Source of the DNA: a bacterium
GTDB lineage: Bacteria > Bacillota_I > Bacilli_A > RFN20 > CAG-288
Direction of reading: 5' to 3'
Assembly: GCA_963612025.1 (NCBI GenBank)
Contig: CAVDUB010000001.1
Location: 7,323-71,322, forward strand
Length of the DNA: 64,000 bases
The notes below the pieces were generated by a model. The model was given only the letters and a program-made list of their open reading frames with translations. It was not told the DNA's origin and did not search any database. Position 1 is the first letter of the stretch. Each line of letters starts with the position of its first letter. Positions 29,201 to 38,721 of this stretch are shown here, piece by piece. Both the position numbers and the translations under genes were made by a program.

Positions 29201-30662
29201 CCGTCAAGCCAAGATAGCTTCCATCGATGGAAAGAGAGAAACTCGATGTGGATGAATCATAGTCAAAATAGGTGTTTTCCTGCTCAAGAAGTCCTTGGAT
29301 CTGTGTCATATCGCCGCCTTTGAGTTTATCGATATCCAAAGTGCCTAAGACAGTTCCTGTTTCCGAAGCAAAGACCTCAATCAAAGGAGAAGAGGTAATC
29401 TTCGTGATATAGGAGAACATTTCAGAAATCTTTGTATCCGAGATTCTCCCTTTAATGAGTTCATTCAGTTTCAGGTAGAGATTCCTGTCGATGAATTTCA
29501 CATCCAATGAATTCAGATTCTCATTAGCTGCACTTAGGTGGTCCAAAGAGAGTGAATAATTATTCTTCTTATAATCCATCGCAAGCAATCCATTCACATC
29601 GAAAGAGGATTGTACGCTGCTTGAAGAAGCATCCGAAACGCTCTTTTCGACATGAACTCCGATGGAGACATCCGAGTCATTGCCTAAAATATCATGAATC
29701 GTCGAGAAAAGAGACGTATTGGCGTCTGTGACATTGGAATAGGTCGAAATCTGTTCGGCCGTCAATGTCTTATAGCTGCTGACTTCCTTCAATTCGAGCT
29801 GCCCATCCAATGAAAGAGACAGGTTCTTTTCAAAAGAAGAGGATTCATCCTTTCTTGAATAGATGGCGATATCTTCCTTTGTTTGGAGTTTTTTCAGAGA
29901 ATAGGTGTCTTTTGTCGCATAAAGGGTCAAATTCAGTTTTCCAGCATCACTTCCGATTTTTGTATTTCCGATGGTGATTTCCGGAATTGAGATATCGAAA
30001 TGAACCAAGTCGCTTCCGGTATCTTCAATGGAGTCCGTCGCTGTGATTTCACCAGCCATATCCTGGACTTTGGAGACAATCGAAGAAAGGTCAAGAGAGG
30101 ATGTCGAGGCCGCATCATTCGTCTTGACAAGGCCAAGAGCCTTGAAGATTTCCATCAGATCTGAAAGATTCTGAGGAATATCGAAACAGAAATTTCGATT
30201 TTTGAATGTGACGTAGCAGGCCTCATTCTCCTCCACACGCAAAGAAAGCGTCTGGTCGAGTCTCTTGATGCTATTGGCTTCATCCGTTGAGGACTTTCCA
30301 TAAAGAACCTGGATATCCGTTGCGACATTGACAACGCTCGTATTGAGTTTGCTTAAATCAACATTGAGAGAATTCAGTTTTAGGTCAATCGATTCCTTCC
30401 CAACAGGTTTGATTGACAAGGAAAGATTTCCAGAAGAAATCTCCTTGGAATTCAGCAAGGAATTCAAAGTCTTAGAAAGATTGGTTTCTTCCTTATCCTG
30501 ATTGTTGTCATCGATGTCTGGAATCGTAATGTCATCATCGCCGACATCCTGATTCTGCTTGGTGGCATGCATCATCATATAGACGGTGGAGCCCGATGCA
30601 GAAGCACTGAAGATACCTAACAGAGTCAGTGCTCCAATTCTTTTCCATGTATTTTTTTTCAT
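26226..30662 (-). CDS. Giant membrane-anchored beta-rich protein G1 (1,478 aa), unknown family
   Basis: It has an N-terminal hydrophobic helix (IGALTLLGIFSASASG). It is coupled to A1 through a GGAGG in the A1 tail followed by TAG-aat-ATG. It is collinear with G2. Confidence 0.85.
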   Translation of the reverse strand: MKKNTWKRIGALTLLGIFSASASGSTVYMMMHATKQNQDVGDDDITIPDIDDNNQDKEETNLSKTLNSLLNSKEISSGNLSLSIKPVGKESIDLKLNSLNVDLSKLNTSVVNVATDIQVLYGKSSTDEANSIKRLDQTLSLRVEENEACYVTFKNRNFCFDIPQNLSDLMEIFKALGLVKTNDAASTSSLDLSSIVSKVQDMAGEITATDSIEDTGSDLVHFDISIPEITIGNTKIGSDAGKLNLTLYATKDTYSLKKLQTKEDIAIYSRKDESSSFEKNLSLSLDGQLELKEVSSYKTLTAEQISTYSNVTDANTSLFSTIHDILGNDSDVSIGVHVEKSVSDASSSSVQSSFDVNGLLAMDYKKNNYSLSLDHLSAANENLNSLDVKFIDRNLYLKLNELIKGRISDTKISEMFSYITKITSSPLIEVFASETGTVLGTLDIDKLKGGDMTQIQGLLEQENTYFDYDSSTSSFSLSIDGSYLGLTDGAIVLKIKCSSEKKIEKITIEGLSFSSTDSTSGKKETTTISLSLTPKASTEETKKELSISDEEKSQYQNLAPVCDIFSSISNFAQNEKFLADYTLTYNDKINDGTNNNYSLISASGLIGADLSSVTNKGTILDKVTEGDYVLSMKASCGESVHNLNMNYQDHNLYFGYDTIYGNNPSNTVFKNEIENVSLGKMMTVLDKKTDSSVSVSFDQVSKVLDFLGMNEDFQNAIKKVQNGSLVGFDNVFTLTSNEDENGGYLSLVLNIDKIFKTDSLIGKNLSNITILLSTKDKSMKSLSISTKISSNQDFSFTLNFSSSFSSFQLDEEACAKYQKIEDFNTIVDSFYNLGNQIEKYGIKVNAEYKKDPTMDENGSVLSYGSALTLTGSAYWDLSVKDDPKFAGSLVLSHPFVSIDNTLSVKKTQADQKLKFKYQKDTSGDGELTADYNEHLHAVLHSSTIKDMVNTISSTSETSLLNNLLDTSSSVASNMPIKDVISLSAPSLLLSYPYIHSVDFSDTENEITIKIDKRLYNIQEEGDLVILKIKYEDSANPILTSLSVDLSKEGKTVCKGSIELVPYSEEDLPSVLEYNEANKGKFVSLDGLKNLTKMMIDTTENNYFHFQGYLNLDFTMFENSTSQQPINLDALCFDLNFNVSLYIDENGDVNTYLALKVGNQTIQQSGYYVTEFAFTSKEDVDYVYMDNTRTDAVLDENENVVNQISSTAYRVTKKEFENNVLYYLVSQGLGIDDRIAGKTLMANIYQALKNKEDGTDSSSTPKAENVTSLTTDLSIQLNSDFSSLFNVYDENNQNTSILYNESKQKFSFNLNLNELLSVKVGSGDDSISLLSFDNVYLKLYHYTIQGDEKKTPFYAAQLSCELNVLSGLAKVSLKGGIQAVSTGNYVDMGYYDSKTDVSQKSGMARMNSLVNLIDTNCQDDLTLSIETKTKRVYDFSSMQLTTFINDYSVTTTGSDKKTKCLADEYDVTSYPFLFDYANL

Positions 30663-30665
30663 ATT

Positions 30666-31913
30666 CTAAGCCTCCTGAGGAAAAAGTTGATACCCTGCAA
30701 AATTGTCTGGGTCATCACTTTTGGGAATGTTGACTTCCACACCGGAGAAGACATTGCTCTCCGAGCGGAAATAATACTGATACATATCGCTTGAAGTCAT
30801 CGAACTGATGGGTCCGACGGTTGCGGAATATTCGTCCTTGAAATACGTCGAGACGAGCTGAAGTTCTTCATCCAAAGTGAATTCGAGATGGGTGAGAGAG
30901 AACGATGGTCTTGAATTGAGACCACCGGTTGTTCGCATCTGAACAGAATAATACGTATTGCCGATGGATATTTTCTTTTTTTCTTCATCACTCGCCGACT
31001 TTCGGTCTTTGTCCGTATAGAGATCAAGAGAAATCAGATAATTGTTCTCCTTTTTTTCAAAGGAGGAATTCTTGACACTGCTGGGTCCGATAAGATAGAT
31101 GACAACCCCATTGACATGGTGTTTGCTTTTCTCCAACGAAGAATCGTAGACGCTCTTATCAGAGGTGAGATAACGATCCGAAATCGGGGTCGCTTCCGTC
31201 ACATGGGATGAATCGGAGACCGTCGTGCAGTAATACGATCCCTGAAGAAGTTTTCCATAGCTTTGGATATATTCGTCATAGGTATATTCCTTCGGCGTGT
31301 TGTTTTTCTTCCAATCATCTGGAACAGACTCGAGATAGCCGAGAACCTTTCCATCAAGATTATCATAGAAGCGGTTGGCAGTCTTGACAACGCTTGAAGA
31401 AGAGACATTCTGGTTATAGATTCCTTCCGGCGTGGTATAGTTGCAAGAAACGATGTTCTGAGTCACGGAGACACCCGCATTGGCAACAACCGTTGCCTTG
31501 CCGATGGTTAATGCATATTTGCTTTCACCTTGCATAGACAATGCATAATTCACGAGTTGGTAGAATTTTCCTTCATAGTCTTTTTCCAATGTGTGATTGG
31601 AAATCGATTTCTGGATTTCCTCTTTGGAGGGAACATATCCCTCAAAGCCGGCACCGGCCAACGTGGCTGATTCCGGATTCTGCCAGCGATAGAGGAGATA
31701 ACCGCCTCCTCCACCAACAAGAATCGAAACAGAGACAACAATTGCAACAGGAATCCAGTTTTTCTTCTTCGTTTCCGGTCTTGCCTTGATTTTTTTTCGA
31801 TTCTTTTCTTTTATGCGAGCCCCCTCTTTTTCGGGTTGTTCCTTTGGTTTACAAACCAAAACTTGGCTCTCTATTTCTTCTTTATTTTTCTCTTCCATTA
31901 TTTTTAACCACAT
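30666..31913 (-). CDS. Single-pass membrane protein A1 (partner of G1), unknown family
   Basis: Lys-rich N-terminus, TM helix WIPVAIVVSVSILVGGGGGYLLY, and an extracytoplasmic domain of about 330 aa that is homologous to A2. The start could instead be the second ATG at 31898. Confidence 0.75.
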   Translation of the reverse strand: MWLKIMEEKNKEEIESQVLVCKPKEQPEKEGARIKEKNRKKIKARPETKKKNWIPVAIVVSVSILVGGGGGYLLYRWQNPESATLAGAGFEGYVPSKEEIQKSISNHTLEKDYEGKFYQLVNYALSMQGESKYALTIGKATVVANAGVSVTQNIVSCNYTTPEGIYNQNVSSSSVVKTANRFYDNLDGKVLGYLESVPDDWKKNNTPKEYTYDEYIQSYGKLLQGSYYCTTVSDSSHVTEATPISDRYLTSDKSVYDSSLEKSKHHVNGVVIYLIGPSSVKNSSFEKKENNYLISLDLYTDKDRKSASDEEKKKISIGNTYYSVQMRTTGGLNSRPSFSLTHLEFTLDEELQLVSTYFKDEYSATVGPISSMTSSDMYQYYFRSESNVFSGVEVNIPKSDDPDNFAGYQLFPQEA

Positions 31914-32077
31914 AAATATAAAATGAAAACAAACAAAAGTAAAATATTTCTTTTGTAAACATTCTAACTTTGAAACAATTTGGCAAAAAAACTATTTTTA
32001 GCTCGGATTATTGGACAAAAATATTGTTTTCTTTACCGAAAAAAATGTGTATACTTTCTCACGAGCGCAATAGACAA

Positions 32078-35000
32078 ATGAAAAAGAATGCAATTCGAGG
32101 ACTTTTCTTCACCCTTTTCCTGATTTCGCCTTTTCAGGCCTCTTTTGTCGACCAAAAAAATGCCATTCAGAAAGAGCAATCCAACAGTCAGGAAAACATT
32201 CTTCCCAGCATCGATAAGAACCAAAATGACAAAATCGACAATTCTCTTTCAACAGCTCTCAATCGTTTCTTCTCGGCTAAGCAAATTCAGATGAACACGC
32301 TGAAAATCAGCATCACGCCGGATATCTCTTCTGTCAATGATGTCTTGACACTGGAAATGAAAGATCTTGACTTAGACCTAAGCGGAAGCAATACCCTCTC
32401 ATTCAATTTCTATACAAACCTAAAAGTATCCTATAAAGGATTGGAAATCAGCCTCGATTGTGAATATAAAGCGGATGACTTCCTCTATCTTTCCTCGACA
32501 AAGGGAAACGCCATCAAGACAGATCTTCCCATGACATTTAATGACCTGTTCAAACTACTCAATCAGTTAGGGCTGAGTATCAATTCCACGACGGAAAATG
32601 GAAATATTTCTTTATATTCTCTATTTTCTTCTCTGCAGAAAGCGAGTGCAAATGCAATCGAAAATACCACATCTGATTCACAGAATTCCTTTCTTGTCTC
32701 TCTTCCTGATTTTACAATCGGAACGTCGAGCATTAAAAATGTCTCACTTCTTCTTTTCTCTGACAAGGACGAAAATCCAACCTCCATCAGGACAAAAGAC
32801 AGCATTCTTCTTTCCTCGACAGAAAAGAATATCACATCATCCATTTCCCTTGAAGGAACCATCAAAAAAGTAAGAGAAATCTCGACCTATACAAGCCACT
32901 CTTCCTCCTCTACGGATATCACTGCACAGGATTCTTCCATCATTTCCTTACTTTCGAACATCTTTTCGGGAAAATATTCCTCGGAGAGTGAAAGCGAAGA
33001 GAAGAAGCAATTCTCCATCGACATGAGTGCGAATCTATCCAAGAAAGTCGACAACTCCACAACCAAGACTTCCTATCTGAATGGAAGACTGGATTGCGAT
33101 ATCACCGACGTATTCTTGGATGACAACATCGGCGAATATGCCTTGAATCTCACCCAGAATGAGAAGGAGACTTTCGATGGAAAGACGTTGAATGATATCG
33201 GCTTGTACTTCAAGAAAAACACAAGCTACCTCTCCTTAAATAATTTCTTCAAAGGACGAATCGACAACAGCAAACTAAAGGATACTTTCAACACAATCAG
33301 CAAACTGTTAAATGATTTTACAATTGAAAAAATCGATGAAAACCTCAATATCATCTTCAAGACGGTCGATAAAAGCACCATTGAGAAGATCAAGAATGGG
33401 GATTTATCTCCTCTCAACAGCATCCTGAAAGCGTATTACTTCTCTTCCGCTTCCTTTTCCATCACCCTCGATGGGACGGCACTTTCTTTAAAGGATGATC
33501 TGACCCTATCGATTTCTTTCAATGATCTTGGAGAAGAAGGATATGAAGTGAAGAATATATCCCTCTCCAAATTGAATTTGGGTGATATAGTCTTGGAAAA
33601 TCTTACTTTTTCGATTTCCAATTTTACTTCCATTGCCAAGCCAAATGAGGAAGACTATGACTCCTATACAGAAAGCTTGGATCTCTTTTCGTCCTTGGCC
33701 GATCTCGTCAATAAGAAGAGGCTCAGCGTGGACTATTCCCTGATCTTCACCGATCAACAGAATGTCACCTTCAATGGTGAAGGAGAAATCAGTGTCGATG
33801 TCTCAAGAGCCGGTGTCATTGATCAGAATACACTCTATACATCCCTAGGCGACTACTACCTTTCCTTGAATCTTCCTTCCTCAAAGAATGATGCAGAAAG
33901 CATCATCGGACAAGGAATCGAGATGTACTATTCTGGGATAGATAAAAACCTTTATTTTGGCTATGGATATGATCAGGATAGTGACTATGTCTTCCGCAAC
34001 TCCTTAAGCGATGCCGATATTCGTTCCATGTATGCCCTAATTGATTCCAAAGTCCAGGATGATTCTTCCAATACATCCTCAAGCATCTTCTCGATGTCGG
34101 ATATTCTTCAGACACTATCGAACAGCGAAGCCTTCAAAAACCTGAAGAATGATTTATCCAATCATCTCTCCCTGAAAGGACTCGATGGCGTCATTTCCTT
34201 CTCGAGTGATGAACAAGGATGGATTACACTCACGCTTGACCCATCCTCCTTCCTCGCGGGAAGCAAATACGAAAGCAATACTGAAAAATTCTCTTTGACC
34301 CTATCCGAAGAAAATGAGATTCTATCTTTGTCCATCAAAGGAAAAGCAAATGGATGCCCTATCGCCTTCAGCATGAATTTCTCCGATCAGATTGTCGACC
34401 ATTCCTCTTCATTCAATGTGACGGACTATCCACCAATCACGAATTTCGAGGCCTTGTCAGAATCTTTATTTTCTCTCCCAACCGACTTAAAGCAGTTCGA
34501 CTTATCCTTAAACGGGACACTTCAGAATGAAGGAGACAGTGTTCCTTCCCTGACCATCAAGGAAGGCTCTGGTCTCAGCGCCGATCTGACAGGCGAAAAG
34601 AAGGACATCTCAGGTGAAGTCACTTTGACCCACAAGGACATCAATGATTCCACGAAAGCATCGACGGATCAGAAACTCGAATTCGCTCTTCAGGATTTGG
34701 ATGGACAGGTCGAAAACAATTCCCATAACCTCGTCAACAGAAGCCAATTCACTTTGGAATACAATGACAACATGCATGTCAAGATGGAAAACAGCGACCT
34801 CTATTCCATCATGAATACCATCAACGGTGTCGACAGCGATTCAAATCTTCTCTTCCGCTATCTGAAATTCATGAATTCCGTCGTCGAGACAAGCGGTTCT
34901 CCCTTGATGGATGTCATCAATGGAAAAGCCTTGTCCACATCAGGAATCTTTGCCTATAAATACCTCAAATCCTTATCCTTCCAGGATGGAAGTATCACAC

Positions 35001-36331
35001 TCACTTTGGATCCAAAACTCGTAAAGAGCAATTCTCTTGAGGGAAGCGAAGCCATTCTTTCCATAGAATATGACACCACAAAAAAGAAGGTCACAGGCGC
35101 ATCCATCAAGGCAAAATATATCCACCTTGTCGATGAAGAGACGAAGACAACCAACATCGACATTTCTCTTTCCCTCCAGACCGGAAATGAAAAAAAATAT
35201 GCTCGAACACTGACAAGCGATACGTCCAAGACAAAAGAAGACAAGACGATGCTCGAATATGTCGACAGTGTCACATCCTCTTCCTTTGTCGATATCGATG
35301 GATTCAAGATTCTTCTGGAATGTACAATCGATACCACAGAAAACAACTTCTTTGAATTGAGTGGAACTTTAAGCTTAGATGTCAAGGGAAAAATCATATT
35401 CGAAATTTCAATCGAAAATGTAATTGCCAATGCCTATGCTCAAATCTATGTCGAAAACGAAACGGCTTATGCCTATTTGAGAATCAATGCCTTCAACAAG
35501 AAAGTCACGGACAGCGGCAACAGAGTCACAGAATATTTCATCAAAGAAAAAGAAGTCCTTGTCAACCAGACAACGATATCAAGCGAAACACAGAAAACAG
35601 GATCTCTTTTCAATCGAAAGACAGAATATCGCTACACTGCTTCTTCAACCTACTACAAGACCACAAGCGAAAACATCGTCAAGAATATCGCCTACTATAT
35701 CCTCGACTATTCGATGAATATCGGAAGCGTCACAACCATTGGAATCAAGTCCGGAAACATCGCCCTCAACGAAATCTATAAAGCGATGAACTCCAGTGAA
35801 AGTTCTGCTTCGATAAGCAACGACTTCTCCACACTCATAAAGGCGGATTCCACTTCCTATGATTCTTCCTCCAACACTTTCGTTCTTGATCTCAACCTCA
35901 AGGATTTCCTCAATATCTCTCCTGCCTCTATCAGCTCCTTCAAACTGACCATCCAGCATGAGGATGAAAAGACAGTCAACGGCAAAGCCTATAAGCCGCT
36001 GAAATCTCTTTCTATCGATGGGAAATTAACTGTTTCCGTTCTGACGGTCAATATCACTTCCTCTTCGAACGTCAACACATTCACACTCAGCCGTCTAGAA
36101 AAGGTCTCCGCCAGTACGGCAAAGACCTATATGAAACGATATTATGACTATTGGAACCTTGTCTATGACGAACTTGGTGATGACATCTATGAAATCAGTT
36201 CGATAGAGTCGGCAGGTTCGCCAAACGACAACGGGAAATCAAAAACGAAATCTGTCACAAGCGATTGGTCTTCGAGTTCATCCTATCCGGATTCCTTGAA
36301 GAACAACAGCTACTTCTGCTATTGGGAATAG
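32078..36331 (+). CDS. Giant membrane-anchored/secreted beta-rich protein G2 (1,417 aa), paralog of G1
   Basis: The start was moved to MKKNAIRGLFFTLFLISPFQA (signal or anchor). Homology to G1 is collinear along the full length. No clear SD is present. Confidence 0.8.
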   Translation: MKKNAIRGLFFTLFLISPFQASFVDQKNAIQKEQSNSQENILPSIDKNQNDKIDNSLSTALNRFFSAKQIQMNTLKISITPDISSVNDVLTLEMKDLDLDLSGSNTLSFNFYTNLKVSYKGLEISLDCEYKADDFLYLSSTKGNAIKTDLPMTFNDLFKLLNQLGLSINSTTENGNISLYSLFSSLQKASANAIENTTSDSQNSFLVSLPDFTIGTSSIKNVSLLLFSDKDENPTSIRTKDSILLSSTEKNITSSISLEGTIKKVREISTYTSHSSSSTDITAQDSSIISLLSNIFSGKYSSESESEEKKQFSIDMSANLSKKVDNSTTKTSYLNGRLDCDITDVFLDDNIGEYALNLTQNEKETFDGKTLNDIGLYFKKNTSYLSLNNFFKGRIDNSKLKDTFNTISKLLNDFTIEKIDENLNIIFKTVDKSTIEKIKNGDLSPLNSILKAYYFSSASFSITLDGTALSLKDDLTLSISFNDLGEEGYEVKNISLSKLNLGDIVLENLTFSISNFTSIAKPNEEDYDSYTESLDLFSSLADLVNKKRLSVDYSLIFTDQQNVTFNGEGEISVDVSRAGVIDQNTLYTSLGDYYLSLNLPSSKNDAESIIGQGIEMYYSGIDKNLYFGYGYDQDSDYVFRNSLSDADIRSMYALIDSKVQDDSSNTSSSIFSMSDILQTLSNSEAFKNLKNDLSNHLSLKGLDGVISFSSDEQGWITLTLDPSSFLAGSKYESNTEKFSLTLSEENEILSLSIKGKANGCPIAFSMNFSDQIVDHSSSFNVTDYPPITNFEALSESLFSLPTDLKQFDLSLNGTLQNEGDSVPSLTIKEGSGLSADLTGEKKDISGEVTLTHKDINDSTKASTDQKLEFALQDLDGQVENNSHNLVNRSQFTLEYNDNMHVKMENSDLYSIMNTINGVDSDSNLLFRYLKFMNSVVETSGSPLMDVINGKALSTSGIFAYKYLKSLSFQDGSITLTLDPKLVKSNSLEGSEAILSIEYDTTKKKVTGASIKAKYIHLVDEETKTTNIDISLSLQTGNEKKYARTLTSDTSKTKEDKTMLEYVDSVTSSSFVDIDGFKILLECTIDTTENNFFELSGTLSLDVKGKIIFEISIENVIANAYAQIYVENETAYAYLRINAFNKKVTDSGNRVTEYFIKEKEVLVNQTTISSETQKTGSLFNRKTEYRYTASSTYYKTTSENIVKNIAYYILDYSMNIGSVTTIGIKSGNIALNEIYKAMNSSESSASISNDFSTLIKADSTSYDSSSNTFVLDLNLKDFLNISPASISSFKLTIQHEDEKTVNGKAYKPLKSLSIDGKLTVSVLTVNITSSSNVNTFTLSRLEKVSASTAKTYMKRYYDYWNLVYDELGDDIYEISSIESAGSPNDNGKSKTKSVTSDWSSSSSYPDSLKNNSYFCYWE

Positions 36332-36364
36332 ACCCTTGAGGCCTATTCCTTTTTGGGTTATCAC

Positions 36365-37267
36365 TTATTTATCAAGGAAAGCAAGAATATCCTTGACGAC
36401 CTTCTCTCTTTCTGTTTCATTGAGAATCTCATGACGCATATTGGGATAGAGTCTCAATGTGACATCCTTGACACCGAGCGAACGATACATCTTTTCGAGG
36501 GATTTCGGTCCCTTTGCAAAAGCACCCACTGGGTCTTCAGTTCCAGCAACAATGAGAATCTTCTCATTCTTGGATATCTTGGCAAGGTTCTTCTTTTTAT
36601 AGAGTTCTTTCAGACCCGTCATGAAGCCAAGGAAAAAGCCATGGGTATTGTAGTGTCCGCAATATGGATCCGCATTGTAATTCTTGACATTTTCCTTGTT
36701 GAAGGAAAGCCAATCATTGTCATCCTCTCGATTCTTCACCGATTTGATATAAGGACCCAAGGACATCTTGGCCATCAATTTATCCTCTTTGTCGAAATTC
36801 TTCTTGTTGGTCGTCATTTTGGAAAGACAATATCCCATTTTGATCGCAAGCTTATTGTTCTTTCCGTTGCTCGACATGATGATGATCTTATCGACGGTAT
36901 CAGGATAATTTTCCAAATAGGCCTGCATGGCAAAGCTTCCCATGGAATGTCCCATCAGATAGACAGGCTTCTGATCCTTTCTCAGCTCCTGCACCTTATT
37001 GTTCAACGCCTTGAGCATCATTTTCCATGCGCCCAAAGGCCATTTTTCCTGATCGTCAGGATTCGGAGCATTTTCACCCTGACCAAAATGATCCAGAACT
37101 GAAACTGAATAGCCTTGAGCATTGAGTTCCTTTGCGAAGGTCTCATAGCGGGAAGAATGCTCATTCATACCCGTGATGGCAAGAAGATGTGCTTTCGGAT
37201 TCTCGATGAGGTAATCATTTCCTTTAAGAGAAAATTCATCATTGATTTTGACTGTGAATATGGACAT
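36365..37267 (-). CDS. Alpha/beta hydrolase (lysophospholipase / monoacylglycerol-lipase-like)
   Basis: GHSMGS nucleophile elbow and an HG-type oxyanion region (ITGMNEHS). The 300-aa size matches the Hydrolase_4 type. Confidence 0.75.
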   Translation of the reverse strand: MSIFTVKINDEFSLKGNDYLIENPKAHLLAITGMNEHSSRYETFAKELNAQGYSVSVLDHFGQGENAPNPDDQEKWPLGAWKMMLKALNNKVQELRKDQKPVYLMGHSMGSFAMQAYLENYPDTVDKIIIMSSNGKNNKLAIKMGYCLSKMTTNKKNFDKEDKLMAKMSLGPYIKSVKNREDDNDWLSFNKENVKNYNADPYCGHYNTHGFFLGFMTGLKELYKKKNLAKISKNEKILIVAGTEDPVGAFAKGPKSLEKMYRSLGVKDVTLRLYPNMRHEILNETEREKVVKDILAFLDK

Positions 37268-37352
37268 TGTTCATATCTCCTTCTTATTCTTTTTATCATA
37301 TCATATTTTTTCTTTTGCTTGGCCAGAAAAAGTACAATGGTATAATAAATAT

Positions 37353-38141
37353 ATGAACGTAAAAGATAATATAATTCAGAATCTCTTAACCGACCTTCAT
37401 TTCTATCTTGCCCAGTATGAACTCTATCTTCATTCCGTAACGATTTCCAATGTCTCATTGATGGGGATTGAAGCGACGCAGAAAACATATTCTGACGCCT
37501 TCTATTTGGAAGAGAAAAGCATGATCACCACACTCTCTAATTCTTCTTTCGTCCATCTAGCCAGTTTCTCCATCGATGACTATCATGGACACATCAAAGA
37601 ATACCAAGGAAAAGACAAGAAGGACCTCCTAAACAAAAATCCAAAGGAATACGATTATCAGACCTACATCCAAATGTATGGAAAGCTCAACCAGAAGAAA
37701 TATCCAGTCCTTTCCATGCCAAGGAAAAAGGAAGAGATTCTCAATGAAATCTATCAAGAAAATGAAAAATCCATCGAGATCCAGAATCTTTTTCCAGAAG
37801 ATATCATCCAAGATGGAGTTAAGTCCATCCATAAGGAAAAAAAGACTTATTCTCTTATTCTAAATCCAAAAATCACTCATTGCCATCTTTCAGTATCCAT
37901 AAAAAATCGAGGAAAGTTCGATTCCTTCCCCGACTTCAAGGTAGCCAGTATGGATTTTTCATTCGGAAAAGAAATGCTATTCATTCATTCCCTTATGGAA
38001 TATCGAATCCGCTATGGATTCATGAACCTTCCCATCAAGCAGGAAACCAACACCGAGATTGTTATTGGAAAGCAAAAAAAATTCCTTATCGAAGATAAGG
38101 AAATCATCGTCTCTGAGACAGCGCCATTCTTCAGCATGTAA
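37353..38141 (+). CDS. A2, paralog of the A1 ectodomain, unknown family
   Basis: PKEYDYQTYIQMYGKL aligns with A1 PKEYTYDEYIQSYGKL, and a C-terminal block is shared. The promoter TTGGCC-16-TGgTATAAT ends 6 nt before ATG 37353. An upstream TTG/ATG extension (37242/37260) would add a hydrophobic N-terminus. Confidence 0.6.
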   Translation: MNVKDNIIQNLLTDLHFYLAQYELYLHSVTISNVSLMGIEATQKTYSDAFYLEEKSMITTLSNSSFVHLASFSIDDYHGHIKEYQGKDKKDLLNKNPKEYDYQTYIQMYGKLNQKKYPVLSMPRKKEEILNEIYQENEKSIEIQNLFPEDIIQDGVKSIHKEKKTYSLILNPKITHCHLSVSIKNRGKFDSFPDFKVASMDFSFGKEMLFIHSLMEYRIRYGFMNLPIKQETNTEIVIGKQKKFLIEDKEIIVSETAPFFSM

Positions 38142-38490
38142 TAAAGAAGAGTAAAGATAGAATCGGATAGAAACAGGAAAAGAAAACCGTGTTGATGATA
38201 AGAAAAACCAAATTTGCTTTCCTCAGTTTTTCATATCGAACAAGACCGATGACTTCCGGAAGAAAGTAGAAAGGAAGAAAATACCCGATTCCGGCAAGCT
38301 CGACAATCAAAACAGCATGCAACATCAGATCTTCGGAATGATTTTCCGAGGAGAAGACCACAAAGAAGATGATGAGGAGCATGGAAAGAATTCCACACAA
38401 CACAAAAAGGCTGTATCCCAAATAGAAAGGAGGAAGATGTATTTTTCTTGCATCCACTTCCGCTTGGTCGACAGCCTTTTTTGTTTTCAT
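38131..38490 (-). CDS. Small membrane protein (3-4 TM) downstream of an XRE regulator
   Basis: It starts 4 nt after the HTH gene stop. Hydrophobic helices are present. The arrangement is typical of YozG-type HTH plus membrane-protein pairs. Confidence 0.6.
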   Translation of the reverse strand: MKTKKAVDQAEVDARKIHLPPFYLGYSLFVLCGILSMLLIIFFVVFSSENHSEDLMLHAVLIVELAGIGYFLPFYFLPEVIGLVRYEKLRKANLVFLIINTVFFSCFYPILSLLFFITC

Positions 38491-38493
38491 TGT

Positions 38494-38721
38494 TTACTTC
38501 TCTTCTTCGTCTTCTTTGACGTCCGGACGATATTCAAAGAGATCGCTCGGCTGGCAGTCAAAAATTTCACAGAGTTTGTCCAAGGTCTTCAATTTGATGG
38601 CCTTGAGTTTTCCATTCTTCAGAATGGAGACATTCGCCATGGTAAGACCAAGCTTCTCAGACAATTCGGTGACTGTCATCTTGTGCTTGGCAAGTTCGAC
38701 ATCGACGTTGACAATAATCAT
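38494..38721 (-). CDS. XRE-family HTH transcriptional regulator (YozG-like, 75 aa)
   Basis: MTVTELSEKLGLTMANVSILKNGK...LDKLCEIFDCQPSDL is a typical Cro/C1 HTH. Confidence 0.8.
   Translation of the reverse strand: MIIVNVDVELAKHKMTVTELSEKLGLTMANVSILKNGKLKAIKLKTLDKLCEIFDCQPSDLFEYRPDVKEDEEEK

Noticed and set aside
37242-37352. An N-terminal extension of A2 from TTG 37242 or ATG 37260 would add a hydrophobic segment (IVHISFLFFLSYHIFSFAW) that could serve as a membrane anchor like the one in A1.
   Set aside because: - The extension overlaps the divergent hydrolase start codon region.
- It has no SD.
- It would place a good TTGGCC-16-TGgTATAAT promoter inside the coding sequence.

I keep it only as an alternative that needs TSS data.
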